Below, in pieces: positions 1 to 8,634 of a DNA stretch of 64,000 nucleotides (its first letter is position 1; every line of letters begins with the position of its first letter). Under the pieces are notes generated by a model. That model was not told the DNA's origin and searched no databases. It worked only from the letters and a program-made list of their open reading frames with translations. The translations under genes were made by a program, and so were the position numbers. The stretch lies in sequence record PP968062.1. The stretch is one strand, 5' to 3'.

Positions 1-1128
1 GTATTTCAGGCCGAGTTCTTTCACGATGGAACGTGCTTCAGCCGGCAGTAGTTCACGATTGCCATCTTCGTAGACGTTGAACACGAAGTAATCGTAATCG
101 GCTACTTCTTCAAAGTTATCCTGAATGGACGGGCCAATCAGTTCACCCTGTACGGAGATGTAGCGACCAGTGGTGGCCTGGAAGTTGCGCAGACGTTCGA
201 TGATCTGCTGTTGATTGGTAACACGTACGAAGTTGTTGTCTTCGATAGCAGTACCTTTTGTCCACAGGGGCCAGATGATACCGTTACGAAGTTTACCTTC
301 CGGAGTAATCCAGGTCTTCTTGCGGAATACGTTACGGTTACGGATCAGGAAGTTGCCGACCCAGTAACGCAGTTGTTGCAGGAAGCCCCACTTCTCACCA
401 CCCATACCCAGCTCGTAGTTACGCGAGCAAACGCCAGTACGAACACCTTTATCTTCTACGCAGAACACGGTCATGGAGCTACCATCGAGTTTGTAGGTAA
501 CTTCCATGTCATCGCCGGCTTCTTTTAGGGTATTGAAAGCAACGGTTTTGTTCTGGATACGATCTTGGTCAGACTTGGTCAGCATTACAGGCCAGGGCTT
601 CAGCGCGCCACCCAGATCACCAATCAGCTTGACAGCTAGCTTGACGATCCACGGAGCGTTACGTGCAGCGTGAGCTTTCGGTACCATCGGAGGAGCAGAC
701 TCGTATTTCAGGATACCCAGCTTCAGAGTCAGGTTAGTATCAACCGGCTCGTCTTTGAACTCTTCCGGAATAGGAACCAACAGACCCTGGGACAGCTCTT
801 TGCGAAGCTTGATGGTTTTCAGACGATGATAGTTCTTACCATCTACACGACGGTTATCGGAACGACGAGCTTCCAGGAAACCGAACAGTGGGATGTTGTC
901 CAGCGGAAGCAGAGAGTCGATCTCGCAATAGATAGCACGATCGCCTTTCTTGTACTCACCGAGTTTTACGCACAGTTGCCAACCACCAACAATTGCCAGT
1001 TCCAACGCGTCTGCGTTCGGGTGCTTGACTACGTCGTCGATTTCAACGATACGTGCCAGCTTACGAGTTTCTTCTACAACGCCGAAGCCTTCGCGGATCG
1101 GTTTGAGTTCTTCCATTTCGAGAGTCAT
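1..1128 (-). CDS. ATP-dependent RNA ligase, DRB0094/Rnl2-like family (3' end runs off the window)
   Basis: Not in the ORF track; translated by hand. ATG at 1128 with an AAGGA SD. N-terminal KHPNADALELAIVGGWQLCVKLGEYKKGDRAIYCEIDSLLP, motif I EVTYKLDGSSMTV, and SVQGELIGPSIQDN...YFVFNVY. Confidence 0.9.
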   Translation of the reverse strand, partial: MTLEMEELKPIREGFGVVEETRKLARIVEIDDVVKHPNADALELAIVGGWQLCVKLGEYKKGDRAIYCEIDSLLPLDNIPLFGFLEARRSDNRRVDGKNYHRLKTIKLRKELSQGLLVPIPEEFKDEPVDTNLTLKLGILKYESAPPMVPKAHAARNAPWIVKLAVKLIGDLGGALKPWPVMLTKSDQDRIQNKTVAFNTLKEAGDDMEVTYKLDGSSMTVFCVEDKGVRTGVCSRNYELGMGGEKWGFLQQLRYWVGNFLIRNRNVFRKKTWITPEGKLRNGIIWPLWTKGTAIEDNNFVRVTNQQQIIERLRNFQATTGRYISVQGELIGPSIQDNFEEVADYDYFVFNVYEDGNRELLPAEARSIVKELGLKY

Positions 1129-1207
1129 TTCAGTTTCCTTATTAACAAGGTTTATGTTTTTCTTTCTTCTGTCTACATAACTGAACGAGTCCAGTCGAAT
1201 TTTCCTA

Positions 1208-1606
1208 TTAGGTATTTACACCCCAGTTGTAGTCGTAGTAGGTTTCACAGAAGGTCTTACCTGCGGTATACTTCATGGTGCAGTTGTTGGAATCAACCAG
1301 AGTCGCTAAGTCTTCGAACGGTACAGGGTGACCACTCATCGGAGAGATGATCGTGTAACCGTTGTAGCGCAGATGATCAACCAGAGCAACCATACCAGTT
1401 TCCAAACCGACATTGTAGATGCGGTTTTCTTTCGGAGTCTCAACGATGTACTGTTCACCAGCAGGAATGTCAGTGATCAGACTACGATCGTCATCGGTAC
1501 GAGCTACATCGGCCATGGTCCGACTGATTTCCCAGCAGAACTCATTGAGTACGGGGTTGGATTCTTGCCATTCTTTCTTTTCTTGCAGACGCTGTTCGCA
1601 GGACAT
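1208..1606 (-). CDS. hypothetical protein
   Basis: Track ORF 1208..1762 trimmed to the ATG at 1606 (GAGGT SD), downstream of the promoter motif at 1636-1660. Confidence 0.7.
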   Translation of the reverse strand: MSCEQRLQEKKEWQESNPVLNEFCWEISRTMADVARTDDDRSLITDIPAGEQYIVETPKENRIYNVGLETGMVALVDHLRYNGYTIISPMSGHPVPFEDLATLVDSNNCTMKYTAGKTFCETYYDYNWGVNT

Positions 1607-1635
1607 TGTAATTACCTCGTTGTGGATGCAAATAA

Positions 1636-1660
1636 GTAATATAGATCTGAAAAAAATTTT
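1636..1660 (-). promoter_or_regulatory. putative phage early promoter (A/T tract...AGATCTATATTAC)
   Basis: Minus strand reads AAAATTTTTTTCAGATCTATATTAC. TATTAC core as in phiKZ early promoters; the motif recurs in several intergenic regions. Confidence 0.7.
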
Positions 1661-1665
1661 ATTGA

Positions 1666-1690
1666 CATAAAGGGGAGCCGAAGCTCCCCC
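1666..1690 (-). terminator. intrinsic terminator (UUCG-loop hairpin)
   Basis: GGGGAGC-TTCG-GCTCCCC followed by TTTATG on the minus strand, directly after the Nampt-like stop. Confidence 0.85.
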
Positions 1691-1697
1691 ATGTCTA

Positions 1698-3464
1698 TTA
1701 CAGAGATGCAGCAATCCGTTCCCGGATCTTAGCCATCGTGTCGTGTTTGTAGAACTCACCATTCTTGAAGAACAGTTTCAGTTCACCCGATTCGGTTTCC
1801 AAAGCATCCCAACTAAGGTCAGCTTCTTGTTCCAGAACGAACTTACCATCTTCGGTCTTCACTACATGCAGGAAACCTTTAGCCGACTTCTTGGAAGAAG
1901 CAGCTTTAGGATCTTTGTACAGCTCAACGAACTCGTCTTCGATCTGAACAGCAGTAGCTTTGACAGCCATGCCGAAAGTATCGCGAGTGTTGTACTGATA
2001 GGTGAAGCTACCGATACCAAGAACTACGTTGCTAGAAGCGAAGCCTTTACGTTCCAGGCGAGACATGATCTGCTCGGTACGGTCTACAGTGATCGAGTCA
2101 CCATAGATCAGGCCAACGTATTCGTTCAGGCACTTGAAGCCTTTACTGTTCTCAGTACCACCGAAGGAGTCCCACAGGACTTCAATTGCACCGCGTACTT
2201 CCACCTCAGGGATTTCAGTCTCAGAGAGGAAGTTAGACAGACTGACAGCGAGGTCGTTGATCTCGTAGTACTTACCACCTACGCTAACAACTTCGTAACC
2301 AGCGTACTCAATGGAACCGTATTCGGCAATGTGTTTCTCGAAATCAACACGATCAGCGAATTTAATCGGATAAGCCATGTAGCCAGTGATGACTTTAACC
2401 GGATCACCAGAGTCAGGACGAACAACAACTTTCGCCAGACCCAGCTCGTTCTTCAGACGACTTTCGATTTCTGCACGGATGCTCGGGAGAACATCAGAGA
2501 TAACACCCCAGAAGTCGAAGGAATCACAGACCAGCGAAATAATGCCTTCCGGGACTTTCTGAAGAATGATCTCCAGGATGTAGTCACGTTCAGCTTCCAA
2601 CCGCAGTTGGTCATGTAGTTCCGGAGTGATCACAGTACCTTCCTCTTGGAGGAAGTTGATCTTCATTTGCAGACGGTACAGGATGTTGGTTGTGGCGACA
2701 GCGTGTTCAGTTGCAGTAACTGATGCACCCAACAATTCAGTATCACTGTTAGCACCGTAATACATCTCAGCGTAATCGAGAGCCGGGATGGTATCGGTAC
2801 CAGCGAAGCTAGTCAGGTGAGCTGTACCAGAACGCATTGCATCTTCAGGACCACTCATACCACGGAAGCTGAAGTCGTGTGCCTGGAACTTGACGTGCTC
2901 ACGGTTATCGCAGGTGCGGTCAGCGTAGTGGTTCAGTACACGCTGATACTCAGCTGCAATAGTTGCGTTACAGATCATCTTCCAGTTGTAGGCACTGACG
3001 ATGGTTTCCAGGTAGTTCACCAGCCAGTAGTGATCATCGTCATCCAGGCTGTTGTAAACCACAAAGGTAGGTACGCCAACATCTACACGTTCGCCTTCGT
3101 CAATAGCCAGCACCGTCAGAGGCAGGTAGCCCAGAGCATGCAGCTTGTACAGACACTCGTGTTTGATAACGCCTTTACCGCACATGTTGTCGAAACGACG
3201 AGCAGCGCGTTTAACAGCGATTTCACGAGGCAGATTGAAGAAGGTACGATCCCACAGTTCTACCAGTTCGTGCCAGGTACCTTGCAGACCGAAGTTAACG
3301 ACTTTGTTGTCGTAGAACGCAGAACAAGACTTCGACCGCAGGAACTGCTTAGCAGAACGCGGGGTGAAGTTTGCATACTTACGTTCAGTACCTTTCGGAT
3401 ACAGAGCGCCATGGCCAGGTTTATAGCAGTCAGTAGCAGTTGCTGCATAGAGAGCATTAGACAT
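1698..3464 (-). CDS. nicotinamide phosphoribosyltransferase-like protein (probable Namat of NARP1)
   Basis: Nampt motifs TDCYKPGH, HDFSFRGM, GTDTIPA, ATEHAV, DSFDFW, VRPDSGDP, GLIYGDSIT, GIGSFTYQ, TRDTFGMAVKAT, KKSAKG. Start moved to 3464 (GAGGA SD). Confidence 0.9.
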   Translation of the reverse strand: MSNALYAATATDCYKPGHGALYPKGTERKYANFTPRSAKQFLRSKSCSAFYDNKVVNFGLQGTWHELVELWDRTFFNLPREIAVKRAARRFDNMCGKGVIKHECLYKLHALGYLPLTVLAIDEGERVDVGVPTFVVYNSLDDDDHYWLVNYLETIVSAYNWKMICNATIAAEYQRVLNHYADRTCDNREHVKFQAHDFSFRGMSGPEDAMRSGTAHLTSFAGTDTIPALDYAEMYYGANSDTELLGASVTATEHAVATTNILYRLQMKINFLQEEGTVITPELHDQLRLEAERDYILEIILQKVPEGIISLVCDSFDFWGVISDVLPSIRAEIESRLKNELGLAKVVVRPDSGDPVKVITGYMAYPIKFADRVDFEKHIAEYGSIEYAGYEVVSVGGKYYEINDLAVSLSNFLSETEIPEVEVRGAIEVLWDSFGGTENSKGFKCLNEYVGLIYGDSITVDRTEQIMSRLERKGFASSNVVLGIGSFTYQYNTRDTFGMAVKATAVQIEDEFVELYKDPKAASSKKSAKGFLHVVKTEDGKFVLEQEADLSWDALETESGELKLFFKNGEFYKHDTMAKIRERIAASL

Positions 3465-3480
3465 ATTTTTGATCCTCGGA

Positions 3481-4368
3481 TTAGAAAACAGAATGGGAGA
3501 AGAATTTCGGGTCACGTACACCATCATGCCGATAATCATTTACAGCGTTAGGATGATAGGTGTTAGTGGTCTGGATATAATCGTAGTATTCGTTCAGTTC
3601 GTCGAAACCCTTGGAGAAAATACCATGGGTTACAAACAGACCCAGTTGATCTACGATGCACTGCTCGTGGATAACCTTAGCAAGTTCAATGAACGTGCGG
3701 CCACCATCACAGATGTCATCGATAACCATCAACTTAGCTAGTCGAGGAACTTCATGGGCATTCAACAGCGACGTGTGGGTGATCTTACCAGTCGACAGTT
3801 CACGGTTCTTACAAGCGTACAGTACGCCAGCAGCACCGATCTCTTTCGCAATGGCTTCGGTCTTTTTACGTGCACCTTCATCAGGGGCAACCAACCACCA
3901 GTCACTCGGATTTTCCAGAAGTTGCCCTTCGACACACACCCAGCTTTTGATGATATCTGCTTGGGTAATCTCGCGGCAATTGTTGATGAGTGGCAGCGAC
4001 ACATTACTGTGAGGATCGTACAGGCATACAGACGTAGCGTCCAATGCATTGATCAAACCAGTCATCACACTAATCGACAGAGGTTCACCTTCATCGCAAA
4101 CACGATCTTGTCGTGCGTACGGCAGATAACCAATAACCAAGTGTATTTCAGGACGAATACGCTGGCGACGAATAGCGTCGAATACCAGGAACAGTTCCAT
4201 GATATCGTCACTATTACGAAGCCAAGCATTGATTATGAATCGTTCGCCTTTCTTTCTGAGATCTTTCAGAGGGATCTTGATACCGATCTCACCGCCAGGG
4301 AATTTAAAGGGTTGACAATCGTAGTGATCTGCCAAGCCGTTACCGTGAAGCTGAGTAATTCGAATCAT
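3481..4368 (-). CDS. ribose-phosphate pyrophosphokinase-like protein (probable Adps of NARP1)
   Basis: FKFPGGE, YLPYARQDR, DPHS, APDEGA, K-R loop, VIDDICDGGRTF, VTHGIFS. Lies immediately upstream of the Nampt-like gene. Confidence 0.9.
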   Translation of the reverse strand: MIRITQLHGNGLADHYDCQPFKFPGGEIGIKIPLKDLRKKGERFIINAWLRNSDDIMELFLVFDAIRRQRIRPEIHLVIGYLPYARQDRVCDEGEPLSISVMTGLINALDATSVCLYDPHSNVSLPLINNCREITQADIIKSWVCVEGQLLENPSDWWLVAPDEGARKKTEAIAKEIGAAGVLYACKNRELSTGKITHTSLLNAHEVPRLAKLMVIDDICDGGRTFIELAKVIHEQCIVDQLGLFVTHGIFSKGFDELNEYYDYIQTTNTYHPNAVNDYRHDGVRDPKFFSHSVF

Positions 4369-4385
4369 TTATTTTTCCTTTAGGA

Positions 4386-4409
4386 AAGAAGTTGGGGACC
4401 GAAGTCCCC
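4386..4409 (-). terminator. intrinsic terminator
   Basis: GGGGAC-TTCG-GTCCCC followed by a T-rich run after the rtcB stop. Confidence 0.65.
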
Positions 4410-4416
4410 GTTCGGG

Positions 4417-5670
4417 TTAGCCCTTGACGCAAACAATCTGACGCAGGGTGTGGACGATCTCAATGAGGTCATCCTGAGCAGCCATTACGTCTTCAATGTT
4501 CTTATAAGCCTTTGGAGTCTCGTCGATCACGTCAATGTCTTTCCGGCATTCTACACCGGCAGTATCACGAGCATGATCTTCAAGAGTGAAAGTCTTAGCG
4601 GCTTGGGTTCGGGACATGACACGTCCTGCTCCGTGCGAACACGAACAGAAGGACTCGCGGTTCCCTTTACCTTTCACGATGAAGCTCTTAGCGCCCATCG
4701 ATCCAGGGATAATACCGTACATGCCTTCATCTGCACGCACAGCGCCTTTACGAGTTACGGATACTTTCGCACCGAAGTGGTTCTCGAACGACACGTAGTT
4801 GTGGTGACAGTTTACAGCAGTAAGGCTAGTGTTGATAGGCCGACCCATGTAGTCAGCCACAGCCTCGATTGTTGCACGCATCATGATCGTACGGTTGAGA
4901 GCAGCGTAACGCTGTGCCCAATGTACAGCCTCGATGTAGTCGCTGTAGTACTTGGTACCTTCCGGCAGATAAGCGAGGTCCTGATCAGGCAGATTGATGT
5001 GGTAAAGCCGCATCTCCTCTTTTGCTTTCTCGATAAAGTACCGACCAATTGCGTTACCGATTCCACGAGAACCCGAATGGAGCATGATCCAAACTCGATC
5101 TTGTTCATCCAGACAGATTTCTACGAAGTGGTTACCAGTACCGAGAGTACCTGCGTGGTTGAAAGCACGGTTAGCAGCCTTACCCAGTTTCGGGTGTTTA
5201 GCCACGATGAGCTTCAGTTCCTCTTCAAGCTTCTTAACCTGAGCTTGGAGCTCCGGTTCGAGTTTCTTGTAAACGAGGTTGAAGTCACTCCATGCGCCAC
5301 GATCATTCGGTCCGCCATTGTCAGTACGACCATGAGGGATCCGAGACTCAATACGGTAACGCAGATGTTGCAAGCCACGAGTCATGTCGTTAGCTGTCAG
5401 ATCAGTCAACTGTGCTGCCATTCCACAGCCAATGTCAACCCCTACCGCAGACGGAATGATTGCACCCCGCGTAGCGATTACGGAACCGATGGTTGCACCG
5501 GTACCAAGGTGGACATCAGGCATTACAGCCAGATGCTTATAAATGAACGGGAGTCCCGCAATGTTCTTCAGCTGACGTTTTGCATCAGCTTCAACAGGGA
5601 CGCCTTTAACCCAAGCTTTAATTGGGAATTCATTTTGTTCGTTCAGCATAACGTATTTTTGAGTAGTCAT
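4417..5670 (-). CDS. rtcB: RtcB family RNA 2',3'-cyclic-phosphate/3'-phosphate ligase
   Basis: MPDVH, VGVDIGCG, GTLGTGNHFVE, LHSGSRG, NCHHN, RKGA, IPGSMG, SHGAGR, DETPKAYK, CVKG. Confidence 0.96.
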   Translation of the reverse strand: MTTQKYVMLNEQNEFPIKAWVKGVPVEADAKRQLKNIAGLPFIYKHLAVMPDVHLGTGATIGSVIATRGAIIPSAVGVDIGCGMAAQLTDLTANDMTRGLQHLRYRIESRIPHGRTDNGGPNDRGAWSDFNLVYKKLEPELQAQVKKLEEELKLIVAKHPKLGKAANRAFNHAGTLGTGNHFVEICLDEQDRVWIMLHSGSRGIGNAIGRYFIEKAKEEMRLYHINLPDQDLAYLPEGTKYYSDYIEAVHWAQRYAALNRTIMMRATIEAVADYMGRPINTSLTAVNCHHNYVSFENHFGAKVSVTRKGAVRADEGMYGIIPGSMGAKSFIVKGKGNRESFCSCSHGAGRVMSRTQAAKTFTLEDHARDTAGVECRKDIDVIDETPKAYKNIEDVMAAQDDLIEIVHTLRQIVCVKG

Positions 5671-5806
5671 TGTAGACGCTCCGAGAGTTTTAAGGTTTAG
5701 GAATTCAACGAGTTAACGTTGTGCCAAGGTCGGGATCGCAGAATTCCATGGACAGGTAGAGTAATGTCATGCCTGTCCGTATTAGATAAGACTTTTGAGT
5801 AAATTG

Positions 5807-6391
5807 TCATCGGTCCGATTCAACGGACATAGATAACTCTTTATGTTTTCTTCGCCTTTCGACATCGGCGAACCAAGGTCTTACACTGAGCCACATTGCA
5901 GGCCAACTAAGAATAGCAGCTATAGCCATCCATACTGCGCTGAGTAATACCCATGCATCGTTACCATCATCAACATCGCGTGGAGCTATGTCTAGTTGAT
6001 AACCGGTTCCAACGGGGACATGGTGATATGTGTAATCACCGAGCTTGGTTTCGTATACGAAGGGAACACCTTTCATTTTCCCTTCCCAACGACCCTTTAG
6101 CTCGGTATAAACACCGTTCTTGTACTTGTGAGATTCTTCCCATTTCCAGGTCAGTACAACCTGGGTCTTACGTTTGGTAACGTAGTCAGAGAAGAATGAG
6201 TTGTAGACTGCACCACCCATAAATGCTAAGCAGATTAGGTAGAGTACCACACAACGCAGTTTAACCCACTTGGAGATTGGTACATACGGCTCTTGTTTCA
6301 TGGTTATCGTACAGCCGGTTGCGTTTGCATAACCCAAGGGATTCCTTGTGGCCATTGCATATATTGCAGCTGCCTCCGGAGTTATATTCAT
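5807..6391 (-). CDS. hypothetical membrane protein
   Basis: Two hydrophobic stretches (CVVLYLICLAFMGGAVY; AWVLLSAVWMAIAAILSW). Confidence 0.7.
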   Translation of the reverse strand: MNITPEAAAIYAMATRNPLGYANATGCTITMKQEPYVPISKWVKLRCVVLYLICLAFMGGAVYNSFFSDYVTKRKTQVVLTWKWEESHKYKNGVYTELKGRWEGKMKGVPFVYETKLGDYTYHHVPVGTGYQLDIAPRDVDDGNDAWVLLSAVWMAIAAILSWPAMWLSVRPWFADVERRRKHKELSMSVESDR

Positions 6392-7215
6392 TTAGGATTC
6401 CCATGGATAAGCTGGAACGTGTCGAACTTGTATTGATCAACGAAGTACCATGCGAGTTCACTCAGCTTAAAGATATCCGGACGTTCGTATTCACCGAAGT
6501 CGGGTTTCTCTTTAGCCAAATGGAAATCGATGAAACGGTCCAATACAGGACAACGATCGATCAAGTCTTGTTCAGTGGAACCTACCTTACAGTTGACCAG
6601 TTCCTGAATACGTTTGTACAGGGTAGGATCAGACAGAATCGGTAGGAGTTCATGGAATACCATCGGTGGATGTTCACGACTAGTCTCAACCCACAATGCT
6701 GCTAACAGTGGACGGAGAGCATAGAAGTATTTCTTCATGCGGACTTTCTCATCCGACAGCCAACGCATCTTGGTTTGCTTGGCCATGGAGATATAGTGCA
6801 TGAAGCTCGATTCGGGAATGAAGTGCTTGATAGCGTAATCACGAATCAGTTTGTAATCCCACTCGATCTTACGGTAAACGATCGGGGAGTTCAACCATTC
6901 CAACAGAGTCGGGTTAGACTTGTAAGCCAGTTGAAGTGTCTTGGTGATACTCCAACCAGCCAGATCGAGTTCCTTGGAAACCATCTCTTCGATGGTGTCA
7001 CGACCTTCGTTATCAACCCGGACATAATGGCTCGGATGGTTAACGTAGATGAAGCGAACATCGTAGTCGCTATTAGTAGAAGCGAAACCCCAACCACGAC
7101 TACCGGACTCACAGGCGTAAATGATCTTTACACCATACTTCTGTTCGATACGAGTTAACTCGGCGTCTATAACTGCACGCATCTCATCACTAACAGGGTG
7201 ACGTGGATCCATCAT
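6388..7215 (-). CDS. Pol-beta-like nucleotidyltransferase, RlaP family
   Basis: IIYACESGSRGWGFASTNSDYDVRFIY, DLAGWSITK, SNPTLLEWLNSPIVY, KKYFYALRPLLA. Confidence 0.88.
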   Translation of the reverse strand: MMDPRHPVSDEMRAVIDAELTRIEQKYGVKIIYACESGSRGWGFASTNSDYDVRFIYVNHPSHYVRVDNEGRDTIEEMVSKELDLAGWSITKTLQLAYKSNPTLLEWLNSPIVYRKIEWDYKLIRDYAIKHFIPESSFMHYISMAKQTKMRWLSDEKVRMKKYFYALRPLLAALWVETSREHPPMVFHELLPILSDPTLYKRIQELVNCKVGSTEQDLIDRCPVLDRFIDFHLAKEKPDFGEYERPDIFKLSELAWYFVDQYKFDTFQLIHGNPK

Positions 7216-7619
7216 TTACCTACCTTTTCAAGTTTGAGTTTCTCTTCATTGCCCGTGTCCAAATACATGAACATCGAATTTCCCAGTAGGTTGTAATACA
7301 TCCAACCTTCCTTAACCACTTGATCGCCATACGTCAGAGGAATGTTCAATTCGTAAATGGCGTCATAAGGGATGACTACAGGATCTTTGTCAGGCTTGTT
7401 GAGGATGAGTGCATCGTCAGTAAGCTCAAGCCATTGCTTACGACTGATGACCCCAAGACCGATACTGAATTCGCTACCTGGGTCTTTCCCATTGAAAATA
7501 CCACAACGGACAGCAGGGTCAACGCGGTCACCAGCGATACAGATTTTCAACGGTTCGGGATTCACACCCATGAGTTCAACAACCAGTTCCAGTTGACGCT
7601 TGAGTTCAATCTTGTTCAC
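7212..7619 (-). CDS. hypothetical protein
   Basis: 135-aa ORF translationally coupled to both neighbours by 4-nt overlaps. Confidence 0.7.
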   Translation of the reverse strand: MNKIELKRQLELVVELMGVNPEPLKICIAGDRVDPAVRCGIFNGKDPGSEFSIGLGVISRKQWLELTDDALILNKPDKDPVVIPYDAIYELNIPLTYGDQVVKEGWMYYNLLGNSMFMYLDTGNEEKLKLEKVGK

Positions 7620-8224
7620 AGTGTAAATTCCTTCGTGTTGTATTGACGTGCAGAGTCAGTCCACCATGTAGGTGTCTGTGCGTAGTAGTACTCACCAAAG
7701 ATACAAGTGGCTAAGGTTTTATCCAAAGCTTCCTGATAAGACAGCTCGCCATCTTTAGTAGCGAAGTGAACCATGTTGTTGAAGCAGGTGATAATGTCAG
7801 CGTTTTCTTTTGTGGAGAAAACAACAGTACCCTTGGCTCCCACTTCGGAATGGATCATCGAGCTCCACGGACGAACACCGCGATCAGTGACCAGATAGAT
7901 ATCTTGTACAGCTGATACGGAAAAGAACGTACGAAGAAGGTTGCTGTAATCGGGTAGGTCTTGCTCGAACAGAATATCGAGGATCTTACAGACCTTATCG
8001 ATCTTCTTCATTTTCTCGGTGTAACGTGCACCGCCATCATTCTCAGTGCAACCGATATTGAAGATGATACTGTAAATGGATTCCACAAGCTTACAGCATT
8101 TGTAGACGTACGGAGTTCCCTTTACTTTAGGAGTCCATACGAAAAGATTGCTCTTTCCTGGATTAGGTTGCTTGAACTGATGGATGCGGTACGGAATACC
8201 TTTTTCAAACAGCAAGAAGTCCAT
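7616..8224 (-). CDS. hypothetical protein (paralog of 20975..21535)
   Basis: Start moved to 8224 (GGAG SD). Shares an IY(L/I)(V/L)TDRGV block with 20975..21535. Confidence 0.7.
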   Translation of the reverse strand: MDFLLFEKGIPYRIHQFKQPNPGKSNLFVWTPKVKGTPYVYKCCKLVESIYSIIFNIGCTENDGGARYTEKMKKIDKVCKILDILFEQDLPDYSNLLRTFFSVSAVQDIYLVTDRGVRPWSSMIHSEVGAKGTVVFSTKENADIITCFNNMVHFATKDGELSYQEALDKTLATCIFGEYYYAQTPTWWTDSARQYNTKEFTL

Positions 8225-8249
8225 TATTTTCTCCAAAGGAAATAAGGAA

Positions 8250-8280
8250 ATAAAGCCTCCCCGAAGGGAGGCTTTTATGT
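8250..8280 (-). terminator. intrinsic terminator
   Basis: Plus strand ATAAAGCCTCCCCGAAGGGAGGCTTTTATG; T/A tracts on both sides. Confidence 0.85.
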
Positions 8281-8282
8281 TG

Positions 8283-8543
8283 CTAACGATGCCCTTCGTG
8301 AGTATCGAACTCCAGATCCAATACCACGTTGGTGAATTCCTCCAGCGTACCTTCATCGAAGATACGAGGTTCACTGTCGTCACGATGCATCATACCGACA
8401 GGAGTCTGGTCCCGAAACACCATTAACAAGTCGTGTTTTACCACGACATGGTGATCTTCCCCTACGGAAAGATCTTGGATACGCTGCCAGCGGCTGCGCA
8501 GTAAGCTGCAAGCGACCCATACGGATTTCAAACGTTCAGCCAT
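8283..8543 (-). CDS. small hypothetical protein
   Basis: 86-aa ORF between two terminators, GAGG SD. Confidence 0.55.
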   Translation of the reverse strand: MAERLKSVWVACSLLRSRWQRIQDLSVGEDHHVVVKHDLLMVFRDQTPVGMMHRDDSEPRIFDEGTLEEFTNVVLDLEFDTHEGHR

Positions 8544-8604
8544 TGTATTGCCCTCTTGGTTATTGAATTCATGTTGGTGATATAGGGCTAAGATACGTTA
8601 GAAT

Positions 8605-8634
8605 ATAAAGCCTCCCCGAAGGGAGGCGTTTATG
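8605..8634 (-). terminator. intrinsic terminator
   Basis: ATAAAGCCTCCCCGAAGGGAGGCGTTTATG directly after the thyA stop. Confidence 0.85.
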
